From NCBI GenBank assembly GCA_964416765.1, contig CAYQEU010000002.1, positions 14,877-78,876 of the forward strand: a DNA stretch of 64,000 nucleotides. Direction: 5' to 3'. Shown here one piece after another: positions 20,401 through 29,892 of the stretch. The notes under the pieces were generated by a model, which worked only from the letters and a program-made list of their open reading frames with translations, was not told where the DNA came from and did no database searches. Source of the DNA: an uncultured Candidatus Saccharibacteria bacterium. Its GTDB lineage: Bacteria > Patescibacteriota > Doudnabacteria > UBA920. The position numbers and the translations under genes were made by a program. Positions within the stretch are counted from its first letter, which is position 1, and each line of letters opens with the position of its first letter.

Positions 20401-23400
20401 CCATTTGCGATTCCTGTACCATTCAATGTTAGGGGTTCCCAAGTAGAGGCTCCGCCCACGACATAATTACTTAGATCGAGTACAGCTCCGGCAGACACAG
20501 TTACACCGCCCGCTATGGTACCAAGTGGCGTATTAGTAGCTCCGCCATTTGCTCCAACCTGAAGCACACCGGTGCTAACGGTCATGGCGCCGGTCATAGA
20601 GTTTTGCCCGGCGAGTACCAGCGTTCCAGACCCTTCTTTCACCAATGTCCCCGTACCTGACCAAACGCTGGCGGAAGATTGGGCAATATCACCCATGGTT
20701 ACGGTGGTTAACGCAAAGTTTCCCGAAATGGCACCGGCCAAAGTAAGAACACCACTGCCATAATTGGCTATGCGTGAAGCGGCACCAAGAGTAATAGCAC
20801 CGTTATACGATGTTGCGCTGCTTGAATTATTGATCAAGCTTCCTGTGCTTGCTATACCTGTTCCGTTTACTGTTAAGCTTTCAGTGGTGCTAAGGGTGTA
20901 GCCATTTAAATCGAGCATTGCGCCACTAGTAATAGTGGTAGCTCCACCTGTCGTTCCAAGTGGAGTGTTGGTACCGTCGCCTGCTGCTCCCAAGCGGAGG
21001 GTGCCCGCGCTTATTGTAGTCAGGCCGGTATATGAGCCAGAGCCGGATATTGTCCAGGTGCCAAGACCATTTTTAGTCAAGGTTCCAGTTGTGGTATTCA
21101 AATTGCTCGCCAATGTCCCATTTCCGGCGCCGCCGATTGTCAGTGCAAAAGTGTTCCCGGTTATATTTCCAGTGTTGGTAATATTAATATCCCCATAGTT
21201 CGAAATTATAGTGCTGGCAGCGCCCAAAGTAATAAGGCCGCTGTAGCTTGCAGCCACACTTGAATTATTCTGCAACGCACCCGTGGCCAAAGCGCCGCTC
21301 AAAGTGAGCGCTTCCGATGTAGCCAGCGTATATCCATTCAAATCAAGCGCGGATGAAGCACCAGAAATAGTGGTTCCGGCGGCCGTTGTTCCAAGCGGGG
21401 TGTTGGTACTGTCGCCCGTAGCCCCCAGTCTCAATGTTCCGGCACTCACCGTAGTCAAGCCTGTGTAAGTATTGTTGCCCGATAGCTCTAAAACCCCGGC
21501 GCCCGTGGATTTAGTCAGCGCGAAACTCCCACTAATGACAGCCGAAATTATCACGTCATTATCCATAAGACCATCACCAATATTAAAAGTACCACCAGCG
21601 CCCAGCGCCAGTTTACCAGTAATTAGGGTACTGACATTATTGTTGGCAATAGTGGTAAGCGCTCCCGTGGAAGTTGTTAGTGTACCAGCACCAGTTGTGA
21701 TGGCACCAGCATTTACAGTTAGCGCGCCGACTGTATCGGAATTGCCGGCTAAGTTATAGGTGCCGCCTACTATTGTTACACCTCCGCTTGAGATTGCATT
21801 ATTAACACCATAAGTCAGGGTCGCATTATTAACATAAGTGGTTCCGGTGTAGAGATTGGCCGCGCTAAGAGTAATGTTTCCCGGGCCATTCAGTGATAGT
21901 GACCCAGTTGTAGCGGTTCCAATTACAGCAGAGATAGTGGAACTGGCTGTGGCCAGGACATCCAGTTCAAAAGTTGTGATTCCCAAGGTAGTATTTGCAC
22001 CGGCAATATTATTGGCAGAGTTGATCAATACATTACCTGACAAAGAAGCGGAGGCTACAGGAAGAGTGACTCCACTCCCAGGGTTAGTGATATTAAAACC
22101 ATTTAAGATAAGTGAATTGGTATTTGTCGCTACTGCGGTGCGGTCCGCTGTTAATTTTACGTTGGCATTTGATGTAGCTAGATCGCCCGCATACTCGCCG
22201 GAAAACCCAGCGCCATTTAGCAAACGAAGCCCGTTGGTGTTGCCCACGTTGTAGGTGACCATATCACTTCCGGTACCCGTTAGGGAATTGTCCCCAAAAG
22301 CACCTTTGATAACACTAATGGTTTTTGAATTTGCTGATCCGCCGGCCCCAGTTAAGGTTGGAGTGGTGGAGAATATAAGCGAAGAAACGCCAGCCGCCGG
22401 GGTAGAGCCGAAATTAAGCCCACGGAACAGTACTGTAGCCCCGGCTGTACGGTTAAACCCTGGGTTATTGGCTACAGTCAAAGTCGTTCCGCTACCGCCG
22501 CTGCCGGCTTTTGGGTCTATGGTCACTATGTTATGTCCCGAAGCAAATGCCAATTGGCCAATTGTTTCAGTTACAGTGGTTGAATCTTTACCAATGAAGT
22601 TAAAGTTGCCGCCGTTCATGGTCAAAACCAATGCATTGCCCAAACGGTCAGCAACATTAGTGGTACTGTTATCAAGGGTCAACGTTGCGCCCAGGTTAAT
22701 GGTGATGGTAGTAGATACAGCAGTACCGTTGCCGCTTAGCACTAAAGTTCCCCCGTTAATTGCAGTCGTACTGCTAATAGTATTAGCCCCTGTTAAAGTA
22801 ACCGTGTTATTGGTGTTTTTTGCTACCGCGACCGCTCCTGCCAAAACCGCGCTAATGGTTCCGCTCTCCAGAGTATATCCAGTCGAGGTAAGAGTCCCGT
22901 TTTGAATGGTACCTCCCACAAGTGTAACCGTACCAACTGTGTCCGCCACTCCTCCCATGTCCCATGTCCCTCCTAAGATTGTCACCGGTGTGGCAGCCAA
23001 TAGGCCACTGGCGCCATAAGCAAAAGTACCGGAATAAACTCTGGTGGCTCCGGTATACGTGGCGGAACTATTGTTGGTTACTGTTCCGGCACCGTCCTTG
23101 CTGAATGTACCAGCCCCCATAGCCAATACACCGGTACTAAAGGTGGTATCGCCACCGCCTCCCACGTACAGCGAGAAAGCTCCGGTAACTCCACCGGTCA
23201 GCGTTAAAAGCCCAGATCCGGAATTTGTTATGCGCGAATCAGTTGCCTGAGTAATGGCTCCGCTATAACCGGTTGCGCTACTGGAATTGTTAATCAAAGC
23301 TCCGCCGCCATTTATTCCACGACCATTAAGCGTCAATGGTTCGGCTGCGGTCAGCGTAAATCCATTTAAATCTAATACCGCGCCGCTAAGCACAGAGGTG

Positions 23401-26400
23401 GCCCCTGACACGACGCCCAATGGCGTATTTGTACCTGAGCCTGCCGAGCCGATTATTAATGTTCCTACATTAACGCTAGTGGCACCCGTAAATGTGCTTG
23501 CGCCGGAAAGGGTCCAAGAACCGGTCCCAATCTTAGTAACCGTCCCGGTAGTGGTACCAATAATGCTGGATAGTGTACCGTTGCCTGTGCCACCAAGAGT
23601 TAAAGCCAATGCAGCCCCCGTTATGGTGCCGGAATTTGTTAAATTAATATCACCAAAATCCGCTTTAATGGTTGATGCCGAGCCAAGGGTAATTAGGCCG
23701 CTATATGTAACCGCAGAAGCGGAACTGTTCATAAGAACGCCGCTGGCAAAATCACCCAGACCATACCCGACACCGTTAATAGTGAGCGGTTCTGCCGCTG
23801 CTAGTGTATATCCATTTAAATCAAACCGAGCGCCGGCGGCAATTGTAGTAATACCGGCTACAGTACCGAGTGGGCTATTTGTGGCATCACCGGTACCTCC
23901 AAGTTTTAAGGTTCCGGCACTAATAGTGGTGGTACCCGTGTAAGAGTTACTGTTTGATGGAGTATAAGTACCGAACCCGTCTTTAGTAACCGTGGTAATA
24001 GTAGAAATAACCCCGGTTATATCAATATCACTAAACCCACCAACTGTAAGGGCAAAAGCACCGGAAATCCCCCCGCCTATGGTTATCTTGCCAAAATTAG
24101 CGCCAATACGACCAGTGTTATTTAACACTATATCGCCGTTCCAAGCCGCGGGAGTATTGGAAGTGTTGATCAGGGCGCCGCGTCCGCCAACCCCTGTTCC
24201 TCTCATTGTCAACGATTGGGCAGGATTGAGTGTAAAACCATTCATATCGAGCGTGGCACCATTGGCAATAGTGACACCACCAGCCGTTGTTCCAAGGGGA
24301 CCATATGTTCCATCACCGGCCGCGCCCAGTTGAAGAATTCCGCTGGTTACAGTTGTGGCACCTGTGTATACATTGTTCCTAGTCAGTATTACGGTGGCTT
24401 CTAGATTGGTGTTGGTGTTTATTTTTGTCACAGTTCCTGATCCGCCGATAATAGCGCTGATAGTGCCATCTCGAAGGCTATAAGATGTTCCGGTTAACAC
24501 CCCGGTCCCACCGGTAATAGTGCCGCCTTGAAGTGTTACAGCTCCAACGGCATTGTCGAAATTCCCAATATCCAAAGTTGAGCTATCTACAGTGACGGCA
24601 CTGGTGGACGGAATAGCATTGCTTACGCCAATGGTTAATTTCCCTCTATTGATTCTTGTCGCGCCAGTGTAACTCTTCGCGCTGGAAAAAGTCATGTTGC
24701 CCGCGCCGCTCTTTGTAAGACCGCCGCTAGTTGTAATATTTGCAGAAACATCAATGTCACCAACCATGCGCATGATAAACTCACTTGTCCCACCAGCTAA
24801 GGTCGTGTTGGCTCCGGCGATAACCGCGCCAGATGCGTGATTGATAATATTACCTGAAACAAAAGTTATTGTTTGCGGAGACCCCGGGTCCGTTATGCTT
24901 GCCCCGGTATCAAGGATTAAGGAATTAATTTGTGTGGTTGTTGCGGGTATAGAAGAAGAAAGCCGGACATTAGCATTGGTCACGGACATATCTGTTGTAT
25001 ATTCGTTGCTAAAGCCTGCGTGGTTCAATAAACGCAGTCCATTATTGTTGGCTCCGGATTCGTAAGTAACCATGTCGGTTCCGTCGCCAGAAGTGTCATT
25101 GTCGCCAAATACTCCTTGAAGAATACTTACGGTTGGAGTCCCCGGATTGCCATTATCACCCACCAAAGTCGGAGCCGTTTTAAACATTAGGGTCGATACG
25201 CCGGCACCAGGTGTAGAACCAAGGTTTGCCCCCCTAACCAACAACGACGCGCCTGCTGTGCGGGCAATTGACGCAAATCTTAGAACCGTAGACCCGCCTG
25301 AACCGGGATAAAAATTAATCTTGTTTTGTCCGGCACTAACAGTTAAGGCGCCTACTATGGACATAACACTGCCAGTAGAACTTCCATAAAGATTGAAGTC
25401 ACCGCCCGCCAGAGTTAGCGCCAGGGAATCTGACAAGCGATCCAGCTGTCCCGTTGTATTATCAATGTTAATGGCGCCGTCTGTGTTAATTTGCATAACC
25501 GTAGACTGGATTATGGAACCATTGCCGCTAAGAGTCAGCACCCCGTGGTTAACCGTCGTTGAACCCGTATAGGGATTAAAAGTATTTAGAGTCAAGGTTC
25601 CCGGTCCATTTTTTGTCAAAGTCCCAGCGCCAATGGCAATCGGACCGGTATCAAAGATTGTGTCTCCATCACCATCAACCGTCAAACCAAAAGCCCCTGT
25701 AACTCCTCCGTTAGAGATAGTCAGGGTAGCGCCCGCATCTGATTCAATAGTTGATGCCGCGGTCTGGGTGATTAGTCCCGTAATGGTATTGTTACCGTTT
25801 TGATTTTCAATTGCCCCGGCATTAATGAGCCCGGTGCCAGAGATAGATATGAATTCCGGGATCGACATTCCGTTGCCGTCAATAACCAAAGTAGCACCTG
25901 AGGTTACGGTTGTAACTCCGTCCACAGTACCCAGCGCTAAACTATTTTGAATACTCAAGATGCCGGCCGAAACAGAAACTGCCCCGGTGAATAAATTAGC
26001 CCGGGTCAACGTAACCGTTCCGGTGCTAGATTTAGTCAGGGTGCCGCCGGGACCGCCAAGTACAGCACTTATATTTCCGGCATAGACGGTGAAGGCGGCG
26101 CTGCTCAAAACTCCGGATGTCCCGGTAATTGTTCCGGATTGCCCGTCTAACGTGCCGAGCGTTACTGTACCAACCATGTCTGAATAGGAGGAAATATTCA
26201 AAGTCCCCGCAGTTACCGTAACAGCCCCCGAAAGGATCGCGTTATGGGTACCGTAAAGTAAGGTGCCCGCATTTACTGTTGTTAAGCCAGTGTAAGTATT
26301 GGGAAAATTATAAGTTAAGGTCCCACTTCCATTTTTTGTAACCGTCCCCGCGGCAGTACCAATAGGGGTAGTGGAATATGTGATATTACCGGCACCGTCA

Positions 26401-27236
26401 ATCAGCAAGGGAAAAGCCCCGGCCATACCGCCGGTTATGGTCAGCGTTCCGGCATCCGAATATATCTCTGCTCCGCCGGCAATCATGGTAATCAAGCCGC
26501 CGAAAGTATTGCTGTCGCTAACATTACGCAGAGCGCCTCCGCCGGCAACTCCATACCCTCTCAAAGCCAAAGGTTCATAACCAATATTTACACCTCCCTG
26601 TAGCTCCAAAGCGGAACCTCCGACTACTTCAGTACCAAGGGCGATACTGCCCAATGCTGTAGCGTTTTGGGCGTTTAGGGTACCCACATTAATTTTGGTT
26701 ACGCCGCCATAAGTGTTAGCGCCAGAAAGCACCAGTTTACCCGTTCCCTCTTTGTTAATACCGCCAACGCCGCCAATTCTGCCGCTGATAGTTAAAACTT
26801 CGGAAGTATTTGTTACAAAAATATCCCTGGTCACATCAAGGCGCATATCCAAACTAATTGTATTGCCCCCAGAGGAAGCACTGTCGGTAATTCCAGCCAG
26901 TCCCTGGCCGAGAATAAGTGGATTGCCGGAAAGATTATATCCGCTGCCGGAAAGAGTTATGGAATTGAAGATGGTATTTTCCGTAAGGTCGTTTACGCTA
27001 GAAAGATTTGAGGCCCCGGCAGGAAACACCAAATCATCGCCGGTGGCGGGGGCAGTGCCTCCCCAGTTGCTGGCATCTGACCATGAGCTGCTTGTAGTAC
27101 CGGTCCATGTTCTAACTGCAGCTTGGGCCCGGTTAACATTTCCGAAAAAAACAAAACCAGCCAGAAAGAACACCCCCACATAAAGCAGTGGTCTTATATA
27201 AGCAAAGGAAAATATTTTTTGTGCTCTGTTTCCCAT
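17415..27236 (-). CDS. Giant beta-helical adhesin-like surface protein (about 3270 aa) with at least 16 autotransporter-associated beta-strand (PATR-like) repeats.
   Basis: Signal peptide 'MGNRAQKIFSFAYIRPLLYVGVFFLAGFVFFGNVNRAQA'. Recurrent 'GxGTLxLxGxNTYTGxTTVxxGTL' units (NTYTGLTTVNAGTL, NSYTGTTTISAGTL, NTYSGITTISGGTL and others). A Gly-rich C-terminal linker precedes two ~38-aa repeats. The ORF track start at 27296 would overlap the upstream gene; the ATG at 27236 is preferred. Confidence 0.85.
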   Translation of the reverse strand: MGNRAQKIFSFAYIRPLLYVGVFFLAGFVFFGNVNRAQAAVRTWTGTTSSSWSDASNWGGTAPATGDDLVFPAGASNLSSVNDLTENTIFNSITLSGSGYNLSGNPLILGQGLAGITDSASSGGNTISLDMRLDVTRDIFVTNTSEVLTISGRIGGVGGINKEGTGKLVLSGANTYGGVTKINVGTLNAQNATALGSIALGTEVVGGSALELQGGVNIGYEPLALRGYGVAGGGALRNVSDSNTFGGLITMIAGGAEIYSDAGTLTITGGMAGAFPLLIDGAGNITYSTTPIGTAAGTVTKNGSGTLTYNFPNTYTGLTTVNAGTLLYGTHNAILSGAVTVTAGTLNISSYSDMVGTVTLGTLDGQSGTITGTSGVLSSAAFTVYAGNISAVLGGPGGTLTKSSTGTVTLTRANLFTGAVSVSAGILSIQNSLALGTVDGVTTVTSGATLVIDGNGMSIPEFISISGTGLINAGAIENQNGNNTITGLITQTAASTIESDAGATLTISNGGVTGAFGLTVDGDGDTIFDTGPIAIGAGTLTKNGPGTLTLNTFNPYTGSTTVNHGVLTLSGNGSIIQSTVMQINTDGAINIDNTTGQLDRLSDSLALTLAGGDFNLYGSSTGSVMSIVGALTVSAGQNKINFYPGSGGSTVLRFASIARTAGASLLVRGANLGSTPGAGVSTLMFKTAPTLVGDNGNPGTPTVSILQGVFGDNDTSGDGTDMVTYESGANNNGLRLLNHAGFSNEYTTDMSVTNANVRLSSSIPATTTQINSLILDTGASITDPGSPQTITFVSGNIINHASGAVIAGANTTLAGGTSEFIMRMVGDIDVSANITTSGGLTKSGAGNMTFSSAKSYTGATRINRGKLTIGVSNAIPSTSAVTVDSSTLDIGNFDNAVGAVTLQGGTITGGTGVLTGTSYSLRDGTISAIIGGSGTVTKINTNTNLEATVILTRNNVYTGATTVTSGILQLGAAGDGTYGPLGTTAGGVTIANGATLDMNGFTLNPAQSLTMRGTGVGGRGALINTSNTPAAWNGDIVLNNTGRIGANFGKITIGGGISGAFALTVGGFSDIDITGVISTITTVTKDGFGTYTPSNSNSYTGTTTISAGTLKLGGTGDATNSPLGTVAGITTIAAGARFDLNGYTLAAAEPLTINGVGYGLGDFASGVLMNSSASAVTYSGLITLGSASTIKADFGDINLTNSGTITGAALALTLGGTGNGTLSSIIGTTTGTVTKIGTGSWTLSGASTFTGATSVNVGTLIIGSAGSGTNTPLGVVSGATSVLSGAVLDLNGFTLTAAEPLTLNGRGINGGGALINNSSSATGYSGAITQATDSRITNSGSGLLTLTGGVTGAFSLYVGGGGDTTFSTGVLAMGAGTFSKDGAGTVTNNSSATYTGATRVYSGTFAYGASGLLAATPVTILGGTWDMGGVADTVGTVTLVGGTIQNGTLTSTGYTLESGTISAVLAGAVAVAKNTNNTVTLTGANTISSTTAINGGTLVLSGNGTAVSTTITINLGATLTLDNSTTNVADRLGNALVLTMNGGNFNFIGKDSTTVTETIGQLAFASGHNIVTIDPKAGSGGSGTTLTVANNPGFNRTAGATVLFRGLNFGSTPAAGVSSLIFSTTPTLTGAGGSANSKTISVIKGAFGDNSLTGTGSDMVTYNVGNTNGLRLLNGAGFSGEYAGDLATSNANVKLTADRTAVATNTNSLILNGFNITNPGSGVTLPVASASLSGNVLINSANNIAGANTTLGITTFELDVLATASSTISAVIGTATTGSLSLNGPGNITLSAANLYTGTTYVNNATLTYGVNNAISSGGVTIVGGTYNLAGNSDTVGALTVNAGAITTGAGTLTTSTGALTTIANNNVSTLITGKLALGAGGTFNIGDGLMDNDVIISAVISGSFALTKSTGAGVLELSGNNTYTGLTTVSAGTLRLGATGDSTNTPLGTTAAGTTISGASSALDLNGYTLATSEALTLSGALATGALQNNSSVAASYSGLITLGAASTIISNYGDINITNTGNITGNTFALTIGGAGNGTLASNLNTTTGTLTKNGLGTWTISGSGSYTGLTTISAGTLRLGAAGDGTNTPLGTTGGATTITSGAMLDLNGYTLSTTESLTVNGTGIASTGSLINNSSSATSYNGAITLGAASRIANYGSGVLTLAGAISGNFALTTVTMGDIAQSSASVWSGTGTLVKEGSGTLVLAGQNSMTGAMTVSTGVLQVGANGGATNTPLGTIAGGVTVSAGAVLDLSNYVVGGASTWEPLTLNGTGIANGGALISSAGSDNNFGAMTVSTNSLITNNGSGTINITGTVTIANAINLGVGGSGPTTISGSFGASATSATLTKWDSGTLILSGSSTTTGLTRINGGTLQYGTSNAINTGAVTVAGGILDINGNTDSVGAITIQNGGTITDSNGTPGVLTGTAYTFYGGGISGVLGGTAIAMTKSTGDSLTLSKTFANTGTLTINAGTVQYLASNIINDSAAVTVAGGTLDIQSYTDTLGTLTLTSGFIIGSGTFTGSSYAVASGTITANLAGAVNLTKTTTGTVTLAGTNTYSGITTISGGTLSVSTIGNGGVAGNLGQASNAAGNIVFNTAVGTLQYTGGSASTDRSYTTTNAIAATFDITNPGTVLTWGGAGTVTTAPITKSGPGTLVFTSAQGHTGLTTVSGGTLQYGVANMLSTGAVTVVNGVLDLNNISDSVGIITLQTDGQIIDSGGTTAVLTTTGTAALQSGLVSARLGGSVAAGISKTTGGRVTLSADNTFTSTSIALSAGYLNLQNSNALGASGTTLTTTITSGAVMELQGNITLPSTKLITANGTGVNNVGAIRNISDTNAIQATLTLGSSGVRVNSDSGSLTIPSVSGNARSLIVGGAGDTTITGAIATTSGTLTKDGAGTLTLSGANTFTGSLTLSGGTIVANATAALGSGGVNNTLIFNGGTLQASGNITSPVNRAVTLTQTAIIDTNGNDVSFAGTVGSAAGLTKLGSGTLTLTGVTTLGGELTISNGTFVAPANLTVTGNLSNSGTFTHNNGSVTIIPNSTTGVASVGGSSDTTFYDFADTTDNSILTFKAGKTYTFANSITVTGTSGRPIALSSDTPGQQWLMDLSGTASFSYLSVQDSGCSGVFTITNDGTLVNIGNNGSCWGFVSYGGGGGPTGGGSGSSGNSSGGGSSDGNGGICGNSAIAIAILTGDHVTSVTMVCGGSSYGIAPVVNFIDGGGTGAAAVAVLTGDVITAINVTNGGMNYTSAPTVTFGGVSGGGGGSGGGGSASP

Positions 27237-27252
27237 TGGGTTGATGTGCAAT

Positions 27253-29892
27253 TTAAGGGGTAGGGCCTGCACCTTCGGTTGCGGCAGATAAATCATCTTC
27301 CTGAGCGGTTGTGTTGTCTTCCGGAACGGTCGTGCTATCTCCGGCTACAGTGCCGGTATCTTCAGTAGGCGGCTCCTGGGCTGCTTGGGGTAATGAGTAA
27401 GTTACAATCGTGTAATTACCCGATGATTGGGTTATTACGGAAAGCTGATTATGGCTAAAAGTGTTGTAGCCCTCTTCTTTTGCTATTACCAAATAGTGGA
27501 CAATTGCCGGATTAGGCGTACCGTCTACGCCAAATGACTTGATAATAAACCCGGCGTAATTGCCGTTCTGGTCTTTTTTCCATGAGGCAATCTGGACGAA
27601 TACTGGACCATCACCCTCCGGAGTAAGCTGAACGACAGGTTTTCCGCTGCTAAGGTTGTGGCTGAATGTAATTTCAGCAGTCCCATCCGTTTCCGTGGCG
27701 ATTGAGCCGGCGAAGGTATCGTCTTGCATACTAATTAGGTTTTTGACGGCAACGACGCCCTGGGCATCAACGCTAAACAATTTACTATTGTCGGCGCTGA
27801 CCACGAACAACGTTTCAGAGGGGCTGTTGGGGCTGACATTGATTTCAGTAGCGCCATTATTGCGGACCAGCATGCGGCTAGTTTGCTGGTTTTGGACATT
27901 CAGAATATCCCCGCTTCCGTTTTGGTTTATCAAATAGGCCGCGGCATTGGTGGTGCTGGCAATCAGCTGAGTAGCCATTGTGCCGCGCTGTACATTTACG
28001 GAATTGTTAAACAGGTCAACCGTCTGGGTGGGATCATAATATATCGGGTTAACAAACACCAAAACCGTATTTCCGCTTAAACCGTTAAAGGAAGCTAAGG
28101 CTTGGCCGATCACCTTGCCGGGAGCTGTAGCTTTCATGGCATACCCGGGAATGGTAGCCGAACTGGTTAAGTAATCTCCGGGCTGGATAGTGCCATTTTC
28201 GATGGTTGCTTTAACCCGGACACGGCCAACCAATGCTACCGGTTGAGGATTGTCAGTAGGGTTAATGTTGTGGCCAATGCTGTTAAAGTCCCCGGCGTCT
28301 TCAATATTGGAAACCACTCCCACGAGATTGCTTTGGTAAGCGGAAGTTGTCTTAACCACTTTTACCAACCGGTCTCCCTGGGTGGTGGTTACATAGTTTG
28401 TTCCTGAGCTCACTACGTCAGCGGTTTGTATGTTGGGTTCAGCCGGATAAAATTCCATGTAGTCAGCGCCCGGTCCCGGGTTACAATCTTTAATAGCATC
28501 TAATCCCGTACCGTTTGTGTCATGGCACAAGGTAAAGTTGCCCGTGGACGAAGCAAGGTTGACGCTGGTGTTTCCGCTGTTGTCCACTTTAAACTTCGTG
28601 GTTCCTCCCGACTTGGCATTGATGAAGTTACCCGAGGCAAAAGTGCCGGAGTTGTTAGCAACATCAAACAATAATAAATTGCCGGTGTAGGCGCTAGATT
28701 CCTGGTAAATATCCACCATATCCGCGCTGGTCGCGTCATTGGTATAAGCACGGATGGCATTGCCGCGGGTTTTCGTGGTAGAATTCGCGCCGTTGTCCAA
28801 GTCCGCATATATGGCAGCTGGCTGAACTATGGAAGCTGCCTGGGACGTAGTGGTAGCCTGAAGGCCGAAAGTATAACCATAGCTGGCAATGCCAGTATTA
28901 ACCCCGTTTACATTGGAGCCGCTGTAGGCCTGGACTTCCAATCCCCGGACCACCTGCCCGGTGCCAAGCGAAGAATTATCAATCATTCTAATAAACTGGC
29001 CGTCGTAAGTTCCCGCCTGGCTGCCGCTGCTGGGAATTGTTGAAATGAACCGATTACCAAACTCAAAACCGGAAGCGGTCGCATTGCTCAGCGTATAATC
29101 TCCGAATATGCCTGCAATCGCGCTGCTGCCGCTGCTTGTAATGCTGTTAGTCAAAGTCAGGAGACCCTGTGACTGGATGCCGCCCGAACCCACACTAAGG
29201 TAAGTGCCCACGTTCAAGGCGCCGCCCGTTGTCACATCGCCGCCGGAGAAGTTAAAACCGGCGGAACTTCCAGTAGCCGTAAAGGTGGTTAGTCCGGCTG
29301 ATGAAACACCTAAAGTAAGCAGGTTGGAACCGTCGTAAGCAAGTGTAGCCTGGGGTACTGTTGTGTTGGTAAGGTAAATTATGCCATTGCCCTGGAGACT
29401 GTTGGCTATCATGGCCGCCGGAACCGCGCCCAGTGTTCTGCGAGGGGACATTTCCCCATCCCAGGACGGGGAACCGGTGCCGCCAATGTTGACTCCCAAA
29501 TAAAGCGTCTGGTTAAAGTCCACGCCGCTTAATGAAGTGACTTCGCCCAGCATAACGCTGAATACCCCATTTGTTATCTGCACCTTGTTAGCACCCGTGC
29601 GGGTTTCTGTCCAAAGCGCGGCTCCCCCGGTGGATACGTTGTACAATTTGAATTCTATGTTGTACTGTCCATCAGCAACCGCAACGTTGCTTAGGTTAGT
29701 AAGTTTGGCCTGGTAACTAATTTGGTTATTAATCCCTGTGGCCTGTGCCGTGCTTCCAGGCAAGGAAAGACCGAGAAGAATGAACAGTGCCACCGCGCAA
29801 AGCATGCCCATGGCAAAAGTAGATATGACAAGGGGGTGTTGACGGGTGGGCATGGCAGTAACCAGGCGCCAATTAAAAGCTGGGCGGTTCAT
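27253..29892 (-). CDS. Surface protein (879 aa), paralogous at both termini to the 1503-aa protein.
   Basis: N-terminal TM. Module 'LWTETRTG...NGVFSVMLG...DGEMSPR'. Conserved block 'LVGVVS...PVALVGRVRVKATIENGTIQPGDYLTSSATIPGYAMKA'. Shared C-terminal module. Confidence 0.8.
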   Translation of the reverse strand: MNRPAFNWRLVTAMPTRQHPLVISTFAMGMLCAVALFILLGLSLPGSTAQATGINNQISYQAKLTNLSNVAVADGQYNIEFKLYNVSTGGAALWTETRTGANKVQITNGVFSVMLGEVTSLSGVDFNQTLYLGVNIGGTGSPSWDGEMSPRRTLGAVPAAMIANSLQGNGIIYLTNTTVPQATLAYDGSNLLTLGVSSAGLTTFTATGSSAGFNFSGGDVTTGGALNVGTYLSVGSGGIQSQGLLTLTNSITSSGSSAIAGIFGDYTLSNATASGFEFGNRFISTIPSSGSQAGTYDGQFIRMIDNSSLGTGQVVRGLEVQAYSGSNVNGVNTGIASYGYTFGLQATTTSQAASIVQPAAIYADLDNGANSTTKTRGNAIRAYTNDATSADMVDIYQESSAYTGNLLLFDVANNSGTFASGNFINAKSGGTTKFKVDNSGNTSVNLASSTGNFTLCHDTNGTGLDAIKDCNPGPGADYMEFYPAEPNIQTADVVSSGTNYVTTTQGDRLVKVVKTTSAYQSNLVGVVSNIEDAGDFNSIGHNINPTDNPQPVALVGRVRVKATIENGTIQPGDYLTSSATIPGYAMKATAPGKVIGQALASFNGLSGNTVLVFVNPIYYDPTQTVDLFNNSVNVQRGTMATQLIASTTNAAAYLINQNGSGDILNVQNQQTSRMLVRNNGATEINVSPNSPSETLFVVSADNSKLFSVDAQGVVAVKNLISMQDDTFAGSIATETDGTAEITFSHNLSSGKPVVQLTPEGDGPVFVQIASWKKDQNGNYAGFIIKSFGVDGTPNPAIVHYLVIAKEEGYNTFSHNQLSVITQSSGNYTIVTYSLPQAAQEPPTEDTGTVAGDSTTVPEDNTTAQEDDLSAATEGAGPTP

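Noticed and set aside
17669-27183. About 25 plus-strand ORFs (60-218 aa, e.g. 18106-18720, 22255-22905, 23287-23943, 19954-20466) inside the giant minus-strand gene.
   Set aside because: These are shadow ORFs. They are Pro/Val/Ala-rich translations of the antisense of ACC/GGT/GCC-rich codons. They have no starts with RBS and no domains, and they fully overlap a clearly real PATR-repeat gene.
27237-27296. Giant gene start at 27296, overlapping the upstream gene by 44 nt.
   Set aside because: The internal ATG at 27236 is immediately followed by a classical signal peptide and removes the overlap. The longer N-terminus would be a 20-aa non-hydrophobic extension.
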